A stretch of DNA of 64,000 nucleotides, taken from the NCBI GenBank assembly GCA_035305585.1, contig DATGOV010000002.1:2476-66475 (forward strand), in the 5' to 3' direction. Source of the stretch: Acidimicrobiia bacterium (GTDB lineage: Bacteria > Actinomycetota > Acidimicrobiia > Spongiisociales > ZC4RG35). A model generated the notes under the pieces. The model saw nothing but the letters and a program-made list of their open reading frames with translations. It was not told the DNA's origin and did no database searches. The stretch's first letter is position 1. Every line of letters starts with the position of its first letter. Below, one piece after another: positions 20,233-28,948 of this stretch. The translations under genes were made by a program, and so were the position numbers.

Positions 20233-20447
20233 CCGTGCTCCACGGAGTCCCGGATGGCGAAGGTCACATCGATGGTGACTTCGAATGCAGTCGGGACGCC
20301 CGAGGCGTCGACCTTCCCGCCGGCGCGGACGAGGTCCCAGCGTGTGATGTCGGCGATGGTCGTCGCCGCCCGGGCGAGGACCGTGCGCACGGCGTCCTCC
20401 ATCGAGTCCGGGGAACTGCCCGTGAGCCGAATCGTCTTCTCGATCAT
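20229..20447 (-). CDS. dodecin family flavin-binding protein
   Basis: 72 aa. MIEKTIRLTGSSPDSMEDAVRTVLARAATTI..., typical of dodecins. GGAGG lies upstream of the ATG at 20447. Confidence 0.7.
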   Translation of the reverse strand: MIEKTIRLTGSSPDSMEDAVRTVLARAATTIADITRWDLVRAGGKVDASGVPTAFEVTIDVTFAIRDSVEHG

Positions 20448-20512
20448 GCCGCCTCCTTGTCGGGGGCGATATTGATGCCCGCCAACGCTTCTGTCGAGAC
20501 GCCGCCTCACCC

Positions 20513-20527
20513 CGAACGTGTGTTCGA
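20513..20527. promoter_or_regulatory. LexA (SOS) box
   Basis: CGAACGTGTGTTCGA lies 13 nt upstream of the dnaE2 ATG (20541), inside the 93-bp divergent dodecin/dnaE2 spacer. Confidence 0.7.
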
Positions 20528-20540
20528 TAAGCTGAGGGAG

Positions 20541-23500
20541 ATGGCGTATGCCGAACTCCACTGCCACTCGAACTTTTCCTTCCTCGACGGCGCCTCGTTT
20601 CCCGAGGATCTCGTCCATCGGGCAGCCGAACTCGGGTACCGGGCGCTGGCCCTGACCGATCACAACGGTTTCTACGGCGTCTCGCGGTTCTGGCAGGCGG
20701 CCCGGGAGACCGGGCTCCCGGTGATCTACGGGGTGGAAGTGGGGCTGCCGCTCGGAGGAGGAGTAGGTGAGGGCAGCGATCCGGTCGCTGCCGCCGAGGC
20801 TTGGGACGAGTGGCGACAGTCACAGCGACCTGTAGGGCCGAGACGAGGGAGGACCGTCCGTGCCCACGGTGCCAAGCCGACTCGGCTCCCGCCGACCGAG
20901 CATCTCGTCCTCCTCGCCGCCTCCCCGGACGGATACCGGGGATTGGGCCGGTTCATCACGCGGGGCCAGCTACGGGGCGCGAAGGACGCCCCGGCCTTCT
21001 CCTGGGACGACCTGGCCGAGGTGGCCTCCACCCGCGAGGTGTGGGCGTTGTCGGGATGCCACGCCGGAGCGGTGCCACGAGCGGCGTCGGAAGGGGACCT
21101 GGCGGGGGCGATGGCCGCCGCATCACGTCTGCGCGAGCTGTTCGGACACCGTTTCCACCTGGAGTTGTGGAACCACGGCATGCCCGGCGACGACGCCCGC
21201 AACGACCTGATGTGGGAGGTGGCTCAGCGCCTCGGGCTGGGTGTGGTTGCAACCAACCAGGTCCACTATGCCCGCCGTCAGGACGCCGACCTGGCCGAAG
21301 TCCTGGCCGCGATCAGGGGTCGGCGCAGCCTCGACGAGGCCGACGGCTTCCGCCCTGCCACCGATCTGCGGCACCTGCGCGACCCGGGGGAGATGGAGCG
21401 CCTGTTCGCCCGCTACCCCGGGGTCGTGGCCCGCACCGTCGAACTGGGGGAGAGGCTCGCCTTCGACCTCGCCCTCGTTGCTCCGCGACTGCCCGACTTT
21501 CCCATGCCCGGACATTTCCGCTCGGAGATGGAGTACCTGCGTCATCTCACGTGGGAGGGCGCCCGAACCGTGTACCCCGGCGAAGGGGAGGGTGGCATCG
21601 ACCCGGCAGCGCGCCGCCGGCTCGAACACGAACTGGGGATCATCGAGCGTCTCGGCTTCGCCGGATACTTCCTCGTCGTGTGGGACATCGTCCGCTACGC
21701 CCGCTCCCAGGACATCTACTGCCAGATCCGGGGGTCGGGGGCCGACTCGGCGGTGTGCCGCTGCCTCGGCCTCACCCGGGTCGACCCGATCCGCCTGGGT
21801 TTGCCTTTCGAGCGGTTTCTGTCCGAGGAACGGGGCCGGGCACCGGACATCGACCTCGACCTCGAGGCCGACCGCCGGGAGGAGGTCATCCAGTACTGCT
21901 ACCGCCGATACGGGCGCGAGAGAGCGGCGATGGTCGCCAACCTCATCACCTACCGCGCCCGGTCGGTGCTGCGGGACGTCGCCAAGGCGTTCGGGTTCAC
22001 CCCCGCCCAGGTGGACGAATTGTCCAAGTACGTCGACACCCGCAACCCCAAACACCTCCGCCACGAGGTGCCGCTCCCCGCCGGCCTGACCGCCGAACTC
22101 GTATACGACGTCTGCCATCGTCTCGACGGGTTCCCCCGTCATCTCGGCATCCACTCCGGGGGGATGGTGATCTCCGACCGTCCCCTGTGGCACGTGGTGC
22201 CCCTCGAATGGGGGCGGATGGAGGGTCGCACCGTCATCCAGTGGGACAAGGACGACTCCGCCGCAGTGGGGATGGTCAAGTTCGATCTCCTGGGCCTGGG
22301 GATGCTCAACGCCCTGCACCTCACCGTCGACCTGATCGACGAGAACCACGGGGTGGCGGTCGACCTGGCTGCGATCGACCAGGAACCCGTCATCTACGAC
22401 ATGCTGGGAGACGGCGACACGATCGGGCTGTTCCAGGTCGAATCACGCGCCCAGATCGCCACCTTGCCCCGGATGCGGCCCCGCACCTTCTACGACCTGG
22501 CGATAGAGGTGGCACTGATCCGCCCCGGCCCGATCCAGGGACAGTCGGTCCACCCATATCTGCGTCGCCGCCGCGGCGAGGAGCCGGTCCGCTACCCCCA
22601 TCCGTCGACGGAGCCGATCCTGGCCAAGACCCTCGGAGTGCCGATCTTCCAGGAGCAGCTGATGGAGCTCGCCCGGGTCTGCGCCGGTTTCGACGGCGGC
22701 CAGTCGGACCGCCTGCGCCAGGCGATGACCCACAAGCGTTCCGAGGAGGCGATGGCCCGGCTCCGCGACGAGGTCTACGCCGGTATGGCTCGGAACGGCA
22801 TAACCGGGTCGGCAGCCGACGAGATCTGGGAGAAGCTCCAGGGATTCGCCAGCTTCGGGTTTCCGGAGTCCCACTCCGTGAGCTTCGCCTACATCGTCTA
22901 CATGTCGGCATGGCTGCGGTACCACTGGCCGTCGGAGTTTCTCTGCGGTCTCCTCAACGCCCAGCCGATGGGGTTCTACTCCCCGAACAGCCTCGTCCAG
23001 GATGCCCAGCGGCACGGCGTGGTGGTCTGCGGCCCCGACATCAATCTCTCGTATCACGACTGCACGCTCGAGCCGGTCGACATCGACCCCGACGACATCG
23101 TCACCTACATGGGCCGGTCTTGGCGGCGGGGGAGAGGGCCGGTCGACGATCCGATCCGCCCGGCGGTGGCCGTGCGTCTCGGTCTGCGCTATGTCCGCAA
23201 CCTGGGGGAGAAGGAGATCGCTCGAATCGAAACGGCCCGTTTGGTGGGTGGGTCCTTCATCTCACCCGAAGACCTGGCTTGGCGAACGGGTCTCGGCCTG
23301 GACTCCCTCCAGAGCCTGGCCGCCACCGGCGCCCTCCACTCGATCGGGCTGGGGCGGCGGCCGGGTATCTGGGCGGCGGGAGCGTTGGCGGAGATAGATC
23401 CTGCCAGGCTGCCTCTGGCTCCCGGTGTCGATGCCCCCGAACTCCCCGAGATGTCGCCGGAGGAGGCGCATCGGGCCGACCTGTGGGGAACCGGCATCTC

Positions 23501-23858
23501 CTCCCGCCACCCGATCGAGTTCATCCGCGACCAATTGAAAGCCGACGGCTGTCTGACAGTGGCCGAGGTCCTGGACATGCGCCGGCCCGTGCGAGTGAAC
23601 GTGGCGGGAGTGGTGACGCACCGCCAGCGACCCGACACCGCTTCCGGGGTGATCTTCTTCAACCTCGAAGACGAGACCGGCCAGCTCAATGTGATCGTTC
23701 TGCCCGAAGTGTGGGAGCGGTACCGCCCGGTGGCTCGGAGAGCCGCCGCCCTGGTGATCGAAGGGAGGATCGAGCACCGTCACGGCGTCACGAACGTGAT
23801 GGCCCAGCGGATGGAGGGGCTCGGTGTCTACACGCTCCGATCCCGTGACTTCCGCTGA
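20541..23858 (+). CDS. dnaE2: error-prone DNA polymerase III alpha-like subunit DnaE2 (ImuC)
   Basis: Starts MAYAELHCHSNFSFLDGAS (PHP domain), as in DnaE2 proteins. About 1105 aa. GAGGGAG lies upstream. Earlier in-frame starts would place the LexA box inside the CDS. Confidence 0.9.
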   Translation: MAYAELHCHSNFSFLDGASFPEDLVHRAAELGYRALALTDHNGFYGVSRFWQAARETGLPVIYGVEVGLPLGGGVGEGSDPVAAAEAWDEWRQSQRPVGPRRGRTVRAHGAKPTRLPPTEHLVLLAASPDGYRGLGRFITRGQLRGAKDAPAFSWDDLAEVASTREVWALSGCHAGAVPRAASEGDLAGAMAAASRLRELFGHRFHLELWNHGMPGDDARNDLMWEVAQRLGLGVVATNQVHYARRQDADLAEVLAAIRGRRSLDEADGFRPATDLRHLRDPGEMERLFARYPGVVARTVELGERLAFDLALVAPRLPDFPMPGHFRSEMEYLRHLTWEGARTVYPGEGEGGIDPAARRRLEHELGIIERLGFAGYFLVVWDIVRYARSQDIYCQIRGSGADSAVCRCLGLTRVDPIRLGLPFERFLSEERGRAPDIDLDLEADRREEVIQYCYRRYGRERAAMVANLITYRARSVLRDVAKAFGFTPAQVDELSKYVDTRNPKHLRHEVPLPAGLTAELVYDVCHRLDGFPRHLGIHSGGMVISDRPLWHVVPLEWGRMEGRTVIQWDKDDSAAVGMVKFDLLGLGMLNALHLTVDLIDENHGVAVDLAAIDQEPVIYDMLGDGDTIGLFQVESRAQIATLPRMRPRTFYDLAIEVALIRPGPIQGQSVHPYLRRRRGEEPVRYPHPSTEPILAKTLGVPIFQEQLMELARVCAGFDGGQSDRLRQAMTHKRSEEAMARLRDEVYAGMARNGITGSAADEIWEKLQGFASFGFPESHSVSFAYIVYMSAWLRYHWPSEFLCGLLNAQPMGFYSPNSLVQDAQRHGVVVCGPDINLSYHDCTLEPVDIDPDDIVTYMGRSWRRGRGPVDDPIRPAVAVRLGLRYVRNLGEKEIARIETARLVGGSFISPEDLAWRTGLGLDSLQSLAATGALHSIGLGRRPGIWAAGALAEIDPARLPLAPGVDAPELPEMSPEEAHRADLWGTGISSRHPIEFIRDQLKADGCLTVAEVLDMRRPVRVNVAGVVTHRQRPDTASGVIFFNLEDETGQLNVIVLPEVWERYRPVARRAAALVIEGRIEHRHGVTNVMAQRMEGLGVYTLRSRDFR

Positions 23859-24452
23859 TCAGGAGTCACAGGGGAAGACCGCCCAGCCGCCTTCCTCGTA
23901 GACGGCGTAAGCGGCGGCGGCGACGTTCGCCTCGGGGTCGGACGGCTCAGCGCCAGCGAAGTCGACGGCCTGAGCTCGTGCCTCCCAGAAGTCGGGGAGA
24001 TGGTGGAAGAGACCCATACCGCCGGTCCGCGGATCCGACGACGTCGGGTTGAAGCGGGACTGGCACCAGGCCACCCGGATCGCCCGGTTGACGTCCTCTG
24101 CCTTGAAGTAGCGGCTCACGATCGCCCGTACTTGCATCTCCGACAGCCAACCGTGAGTGGGAACGGTGTCGAGCGGAGACTCGGTCTCGGTCTCTTCGCC
24201 GGACAGCAGCTGGTCGGCGGTGAGGGGGGCCGCTTCCTCGTCCTCGGTGGAAGTCGCCGCCACCACGGCCACCTGGATAGGGGGAGCGTTGAATCCCATG
24301 CCGGCCAGCGCCCCGACCTCGCGGCCGAGCGTTTGGGCAGCCGGTTCCGGGACCGGGCGGCCCTGCGTCTGGAAGGCGGCGAAGCCGGCTACTGCCAGCA
24401 GGGTCACCACCGCCCAGACCGCGATGTAGATGAGGGGATGTGCGCGTCTCAA
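23859..24452 (-). CDS. membrane-anchored SLT-like (lytic transglycosylase-like) protein; the expected catalytic Glu position reads Gln
   Basis: N-terminal TM segment. The C-terminal block AWCQSRFNP...GGMGLFH...AAAAYAVY resembles the SLT family ES..FNP / GLMQ / AYN blocks, but with Q where E is expected. Apparent TTG start. Confidence 0.4.
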   Translation of the reverse strand: MRRAHPLIYIAVWAVVTLLAVAGFAAFQTQGRPVPEPAAQTLGREVGALAGMGFNAPPIQVAVVAATSTEDEEAAPLTADQLLSGEETETESPLDTVPTHGWLSEMQVRAIVSRYFKAEDVNRAIRVAWCQSRFNPTSSDPRTGGMGLFHHLPDFWEARAQAVDFAGAEPSDPEANVAAAAYAVYEEGGWAVFPCDS

Positions 24453-24551
24453 ATTCGACTCCGCCCGCGCGACGCATGGGTCCCGAGGACCAGGCGAGAG
24501 TACCGGGGTGCCCGCAGGCGAGGCAACTCGATTCCTGCCAGATCCTGCCAG

Positions 24552-25700
24552 TCAGTCGAGGCGGCGCAGCCATTCCACGACGCTCTGCCACACCTCAGAG
24601 GCGGGGTCCAGAGCGTCGAAGTGGCCGACCTCGGGGCAGACGACGAGCTCCGCCGCGGCGCCGAGCGCCTCCGCCGCCGTCTGGGACTGGTCGGGAGGGA
24701 CGACGCGGTCGGCGGCGCCGTGCACCAGCAGTACGGGACAGTCCGGGGTCACTAGCTGGTCGAGTCGGGTCGACCCGTCGGGGTCGAACCGTCGGCCGGC
24801 GGCGGCCCCCGTCCGGTCGACTCCGGGAGCCCCGGGGTCGTACACGCCGGAGACCAGGACCAGCCCGGCGAGGTTCGCCTGCGAAGCGGCCGCGAGGGCG
24901 AGGTGGGCGCCCGCCGAGTGGCCGATCACCACCGGCGGGGCTTCGGGGAGGACACCCGACGCCGCCCGGACGCCTTCGACGACATCGGCGACAGTGGGCA
25001 CCACACCGCCGCCGGAGCCGAGGCGGCGGTATTCGAGGTTGGCGGTGGGCAGGCCCCGGCGACAGAGGTCCACCGCCCAGGGCTCGGTGGTGTCGCGCCC
25101 CCATTCGTCGAGCCAGAAGCCGCCATGGATCAAGACGCCTCCCCGCGAGCCAGAGGCCGCTCGGAGGTCGAAGACCTGGTCCGGATGGGGGCCGTAGCGG
25201 TGGGGCTCGAACGGGCACGCAGCCCGATCGACCAGATGACGCAGGGCCGCCCGGTAGCCGCCGGCACCACGCCCGAAGATGGTGGCGGCAGCGACCCCCG
25301 CCAGAACGGAGCGACGGCGCCACCGGTCGCGATGGCGGACGTTGGAGAGGTGCACCTCGACCACCGGGATGTCGACCGCGGCGACAGCGTCCCTCAGCGC
25401 GAACGAGGTGTGGGTGAGAGCCCCCGGATTGACGATGATTCCGTCGTGGGAGGCCGAGCCATGGACCGCCTCGATGAGTTCCCTCTCTCCGTTCGTCTGG
25501 AAGCAATCGACCTCCAGGCCGAGGTCGCCGCCCCAGCCTCGCACTCGTTCCTCCAACTCGGCGAGGCTGAGGGACCCGTAGACACCGGGCTCGCGGCGGC
25601 CCAGCAGATCGAGATTCGGTCCGTTCAGACAGAGAACCCGGCGCACCGACGAGAGGTTAGAGCCAGGATGCCGCCGGCTGGAAGGGCCATCGCCTCCCAC
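24552..25700 (-). CDS. aroQ: fusion protein: type II 3-dehydroquinate dehydratase (AroQ) N-terminal domain + alpha/beta-hydrolase (esterase/formamidase-like) C-terminal domain
   Basis: N-terminal part: LNGPNLDLLGRREPGVYG, IVNPGALTHTS, EVHLSNV.HRDRWRR. C-terminal part: HGGFW oxyanion-type block, GHSAGAHLA nucleophile elbow and a late GHFD. A GTG at 25646 is an alternative start. Confidence 0.7.
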   Translation of the reverse strand: MGGDGPSSRRHPGSNLSSVRRVLCLNGPNLDLLGRREPGVYGSLSLAELEERVRGWGGDLGLEVDCFQTNGERELIEAVHGSASHDGIIVNPGALTHTSFALRDAVAAVDIPVVEVHLSNVRHRDRWRRRSVLAGVAAATIFGRGAGGYRAALRHLVDRAACPFEPHRYGPHPDQVFDLRAASGSRGGVLIHGGFWLDEWGRDTTEPWAVDLCRRGLPTANLEYRRLGSGGGVVPTVADVVEGVRAASGVLPEAPPVVIGHSAGAHLALAAASQANLAGLVLVSGVYDPGAPGVDRTGAAAGRRFDPDGSTRLDQLVTPDCPVLLVHGAADRVVPPDQSQTAAEALGAAAELVVCPEVGHFDALDPASEVWQSVVEWLRRLD

Positions 25701-25803
25701 TTAACATCGTCAGGACCGGCGGTCGGGGAACCGAAGGGCGGCGCCAGACGTCAAGAGGGGGTAGATGCTGTATCGGGCCGAGAGAACGGGTGGCCTTCGA
25801 AGA

Positions 25804-26562
25804 ATGCGGCCGATGAGCCGCATTCTCGTTTGTGCCTCGTTGCTGGTGATGGTGACGGCGTGCTCCGACCAGATGTTCGGGGACCTCGGCGCCCGGTCCT
25901 CCGGTTGGATCGGTGAGGCGGCAACGACGGTGACCGTGGCCACCACGGCACCGCCGTCGCCGGTCCGTCCCACCGAATCGCTGGAGTGGGTCAACGACGA
26001 GTTCGCGCTTCCGAGCGAGGTCGACCCCGACCGGGTGCTCGGCGAGGCATTCGCCCGCTCCGAGGACAATTCCCGGTTCCTCCAGGCGTCACGAGCGGAG
26101 ATCGCCGCTGTCGTGCCCGAGGCCCGATTCCCGGCCATCGTGCCGGCGTCCGTGTCGCACGTGACGTCCCAGCTGGTCATCGAAGCCCGCGAGCTGAGCC
26201 TGGCCGACGATCCGACGGTGGCGTTCGGCTTCTGGTCCGTCGAGCCGTACACCCGGTCTCGTTCCGTCGGCCAAGAGGCGGTGCTCAATCTGTCGCGCGA
26301 TCCGCAGGGCGTGGAGATCGCCACGTCTGGAGAACCCGAAGAAGTGTGCCTGCTCATCGCCCCCGCCGAGACCCTGTGCGGCGTCGAGCCGATCGGCAAC
26401 CTGCGCGTGTGGCGTCTCGAGGGAGCGAGCGGCCTGGTCCACGTTTGGTACTCGGATCCTTTCCGGTACGAGTTCGACGGGTTCGACGACGAGGAAGAGG
26501 ATCTGGTCCACGAGGTGATCGCCTCGCTCCAGCCGCTGGCCGAGCTGCTTCCCGACGAGTGA
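25804..26562 (+). CDS. hypothetical lipoprotein
   Basis: Signal peptide with lipobox (LLVMVTAC), followed by an acidic mature protein. Start chosen among several in-frame ATGs (25765/25804/25813). Confidence 0.5.
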   Translation: MRPMSRILVCASLLVMVTACSDQMFGDLGARSSGWIGEAATTVTVATTAPPSPVRPTESLEWVNDEFALPSEVDPDRVLGEAFARSEDNSRFLQASRAEIAAVVPEARFPAIVPASVSHVTSQLVIEARELSLADDPTVAFGFWSVEPYTRSRSVGQEAVLNLSRDPQGVEIATSGEPEEVCLLIAPAETLCGVEPIGNLRVWRLEGASGLVHVWYSDPFRYEFDGFDDEEEDLVHEVIASLQPLAELLPDE

Positions 26563-26621
26563 CACCCTCGATAAGGGGAAGCCACTTATAGGCTGAGATC
26601 TTCCTCCCCGGGAGAACGAAC

Positions 26622-28541
26622 CTGTTCCACGGCAGTGGCTGGCGCAGCTACATCCAGTACGACGCCGAAGTCGACCGGCCGGCGGTAGACCGTGCCCTGC
26701 TGCGGCGCGTCTGGTCCTACGCCCGTCCCTACCGCGGCTACCTCCTCGGGATCCTCGTCACCGTCTTAGTGATCAGCGGCCTGGGAGTCGTGCCCGCCGT
26801 CCTGATCCGGTACCTCATCGACGTGGCTATCCCCCAGGGGGACGTGGGCCTGCTCACCCTCCTCGGAGCGGGGATGGTGGTCGTACCCGTCGTGTCTGCC
26901 CTCGTGGGGGTGCTACAGCGCTGGTGGTCGGCCAAAGCCGGCGAAGGGATCATCTTCGACTTGCGGCGTCAGCTCTTCCAGCACCTGTCCACGATGTCGC
27001 TGCGGTTCTTCACCGCGACCAAGACCGGGGAGCTGATGAACCGCCTCAACAGCGACGTGGTGGGGGCGCAGCAGGCGATCACTGGCACCTTCGTCACCAT
27101 CCTCTCCAACCTGGTGGCGGTCGTCGCCGCATTGACGGTCATGATCGGATCCGACTGGCGGCTGACCATCCTCGCCCTGGCGGCCCTGCCGCTCTTCGTC
27201 CTTCCCGCCCGCCGCGTCGCCCGTCTGTTGCGACGAGTGACCGAGGACCAGATGGAACGAAACGCAGTCATGTCGGGGATCCTCCAGGAGGCGTTCAACG
27301 TGAGCGGCGCCTTGCTCGTCCGGCTGTTCGGCCGCAGCGACGCCGAGCTGGAGCGCTTCGAACGGGAGGCGGTAGCCGTTCGCGATCTGGGCGTGCGCCG
27401 GGCCATGGTCGGCCGATGGTTCTTCGCGGCCTTGGGCTTGGTGAGCGCCGTGGGGTCCGCCGGCATCTTCTGGCTGGGCGGATGGCTCGTCATGCGCGGC
27501 GAGCTCGACATCGGTGTCGTCGTGATGTTCTCGACGCTGCTCGGCCAGTTGTACGGTCCGCTCTCCGGCCTCGCCAACAGCCGGGTGGAGTTCGCCACGT
27601 CTCTCGTGTCGTTCGAGCGCGTGTTCGAGGTCTTGGATCTCGAGACCGACGTGCCGCCGCCCGCCAATCCGGTGGAACTCGAGAACCCACGGGGAGAGGT
27701 CACGTTCGACCACGTCAGCTTCCGCTACCAGGGTGACGGCCCCGAAGGGCTCGAAGCGGTGAAACGGTGGCGTGACGCCGGCCTCGACCTCGACACTCCC
27801 AAGGTCGCCCAGACGCGAAGCTGGGCTCTCCGCGACGTGTCGTTCACGGTCGCGCCCGGGACTCTCACCGCTCTCGTGGGCCCGTCGGGCGCCGGGAAGA
27901 CGACCGTGTCGTATCTCATCCCCCGGTTGTACGACGTCACCGTCGGCTCGGTCCGAATCGACGGTCACGACGTCCGAGACCTGTCCCCTGAGACGCTGGC
28001 GGAGACGATCGGGGTCGTCACCCAGGAGACGTACCTCTTTCACGACACGATCGCCGCCAACCTCCGCTACGCCCGCCCGGATGCGACCCTCGGGGATCTG
28101 GAGGCGGCGGCGAGCGCCGCCAACATCCTGGAGCTGATCGAAGCGTTGCCCGACGGATTCGACACGGTGGTGGGGGAGAGGGGATACCGCCTTTCGGGCG
28201 GGGAGAAGCAGCGCTTGGCGATCGCCCGAGTGATCCTGAAGGACCCAAAGATCCTGATCCTCGACGAGGCCACGTCGCATCTCGACTCTCGCTCCGAGGC
28301 ACTCATCCAGGAGGCGTTGGAGCGGTTGATGGAGGGACGCACGTCGATCGTCATCGCCCACCGCCTCTCGACCGTGCGGATGGCCGACCAGATCCTCGTC
28401 CTCGAGGAGGGGCGCCTCGTCGAGTCCGGAACCCACGACGAATTGATCGCCGCCAGCGGCCTCTATCGCATGCTCTACGACACCCAATTCCTCGGGACGG
28501 CGGAGCGGTCGGAGGACCGTCTGATCATGCCCCCCGGGTGA
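26622..28541 (+). CDS. ABC exporter, fused permease/ATPase (MsbA/type I exporter family); probable CTG start
   Basis: Six-TM domain plus an NBD with Walker A GPSGAGKTT, signature LSGGEKQR and Walker B ILILDEATS. The reading frame is open from 26592 but has no ATG/GTG/TTG before the GTG at 26769, which falls inside TM1. CTG at 26622 is preceded by GGGAGA. Confidence 0.8.
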   Translation: MFHGSGWRSYIQYDAEVDRPAVDRALLRRVWSYARPYRGYLLGILVTVLVISGLGVVPAVLIRYLIDVAIPQGDVGLLTLLGAGMVVVPVVSALVGVLQRWWSAKAGEGIIFDLRRQLFQHLSTMSLRFFTATKTGELMNRLNSDVVGAQQAITGTFVTILSNLVAVVAALTVMIGSDWRLTILALAALPLFVLPARRVARLLRRVTEDQMERNAVMSGILQEAFNVSGALLVRLFGRSDAELERFEREAVAVRDLGVRRAMVGRWFFAALGLVSAVGSAGIFWLGGWLVMRGELDIGVVVMFSTLLGQLYGPLSGLANSRVEFATSLVSFERVFEVLDLETDVPPPANPVELENPRGEVTFDHVSFRYQGDGPEGLEAVKRWRDAGLDLDTPKVAQTRSWALRDVSFTVAPGTLTALVGPSGAGKTTVSYLIPRLYDVTVGSVRIDGHDVRDLSPETLAETIGVVTQETYLFHDTIAANLRYARPDATLGDLEAAASAANILELIEALPDGFDTVVGERGYRLSGGEKQRLAIARVILKDPKILILDEATSHLDSRSEALIQEALERLMEGRTSIVIAHRLSTVRMADQILVLEEGRLVESGTHDELIAASGLYRMLYDTQFLGTAERSEDRLIMPPG

Positions 28542-28905
28542 GGTTGTCCACCATCAGCCGGTTGGGGGTGGCGAGGAGCAGAACCCGCCGGTCGGAGGCG
28601 AGCCACAGATCGCCATGGATACACAACCACACGCCGGGCGGCAGCACATCGAGCGCGGCCCGCTTGCCGCGCGGCGGGCGATATGCCAGCACCTGGTCGG
28701 CGGGTGCGGCCACGGCCGGGACCCTTCCCACCAGGTCGAAGTTGCCGAAGAGCGCCGCCACACCTTCGGCGGGGTCGAGCAGCCCGCGGGCACCGTGGAA
28801 CTCCAGGTACCCGCAGTCTCCGCACGCCACCACGCCCACTCGGCCGTGGAATCGCACCTCGTGGCGGCACAGTGACGAGGGGGAAGTCGACTCGTATCTG
28901 TCCAT
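28525..28905 (-). CDS. hypothetical protein with possible zinc-ribbon-like Cys/His cluster
   Basis: 126 aa with high third-position GC when read codon by codon. CRHE...ACGDCG cluster. No family recognised. Overlaps the convergent ABC gene end by 17 nt. Confidence 0.45.
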   Translation of the reverse strand: MDRYESTSPSSLCRHEVRFHGRVGVVACGDCGYLEFHGARGLLDPAEGVAALFGNFDLVGRVPAVAAPADQVLAYRPPRGKRAALDVLPPGVWLCIHGDLWLASDRRVLLLATPNRLMVDNLTRGA

Positions 28906-28948
28906 GCCGCCAACGTACGAAACGGGTGTGACAGATTCCCCGAAGGGG

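Noticed and set aside
20233-20823. N-terminal extension of the 524-aa ORF 19249..20823
   Set aside because: The extension is an Arg/Pro-rich translation that would run through the dodecin gene and the dnaE2 promoter and 5' end. The MBL domain begins right after the GTG at 20232, which is coupled to the dodecin stop.
20801-23848. 1015-aa plus-strand ORF overlapping dnaE2 in another frame
   Set aside because: The translation is extremely Arg/Pro/Gly-rich. The alternative frame encodes a full-length DnaE2 with PHP and polymerase motifs, so this is a frame shadow.
24453-24551. tRNA-like TTCGACTCC (T-loop-like) sequence in the spacer after the aroQ-fusion gene
   Set aside because: No complementary T-stem, acceptor stem or anticodon arm could be drawn around it. 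It is most likely a chance match.
24440-25506. ORFs 24440..25417(+) and 24595..25506(-) encoding Arg/Pro/Gly polymers
   Set aside because: They overlap the aroQ-hydrolase fusion gene, whose frame has clear catalytic motifs. Their compositions are typical of off-frame GC-rich translation.
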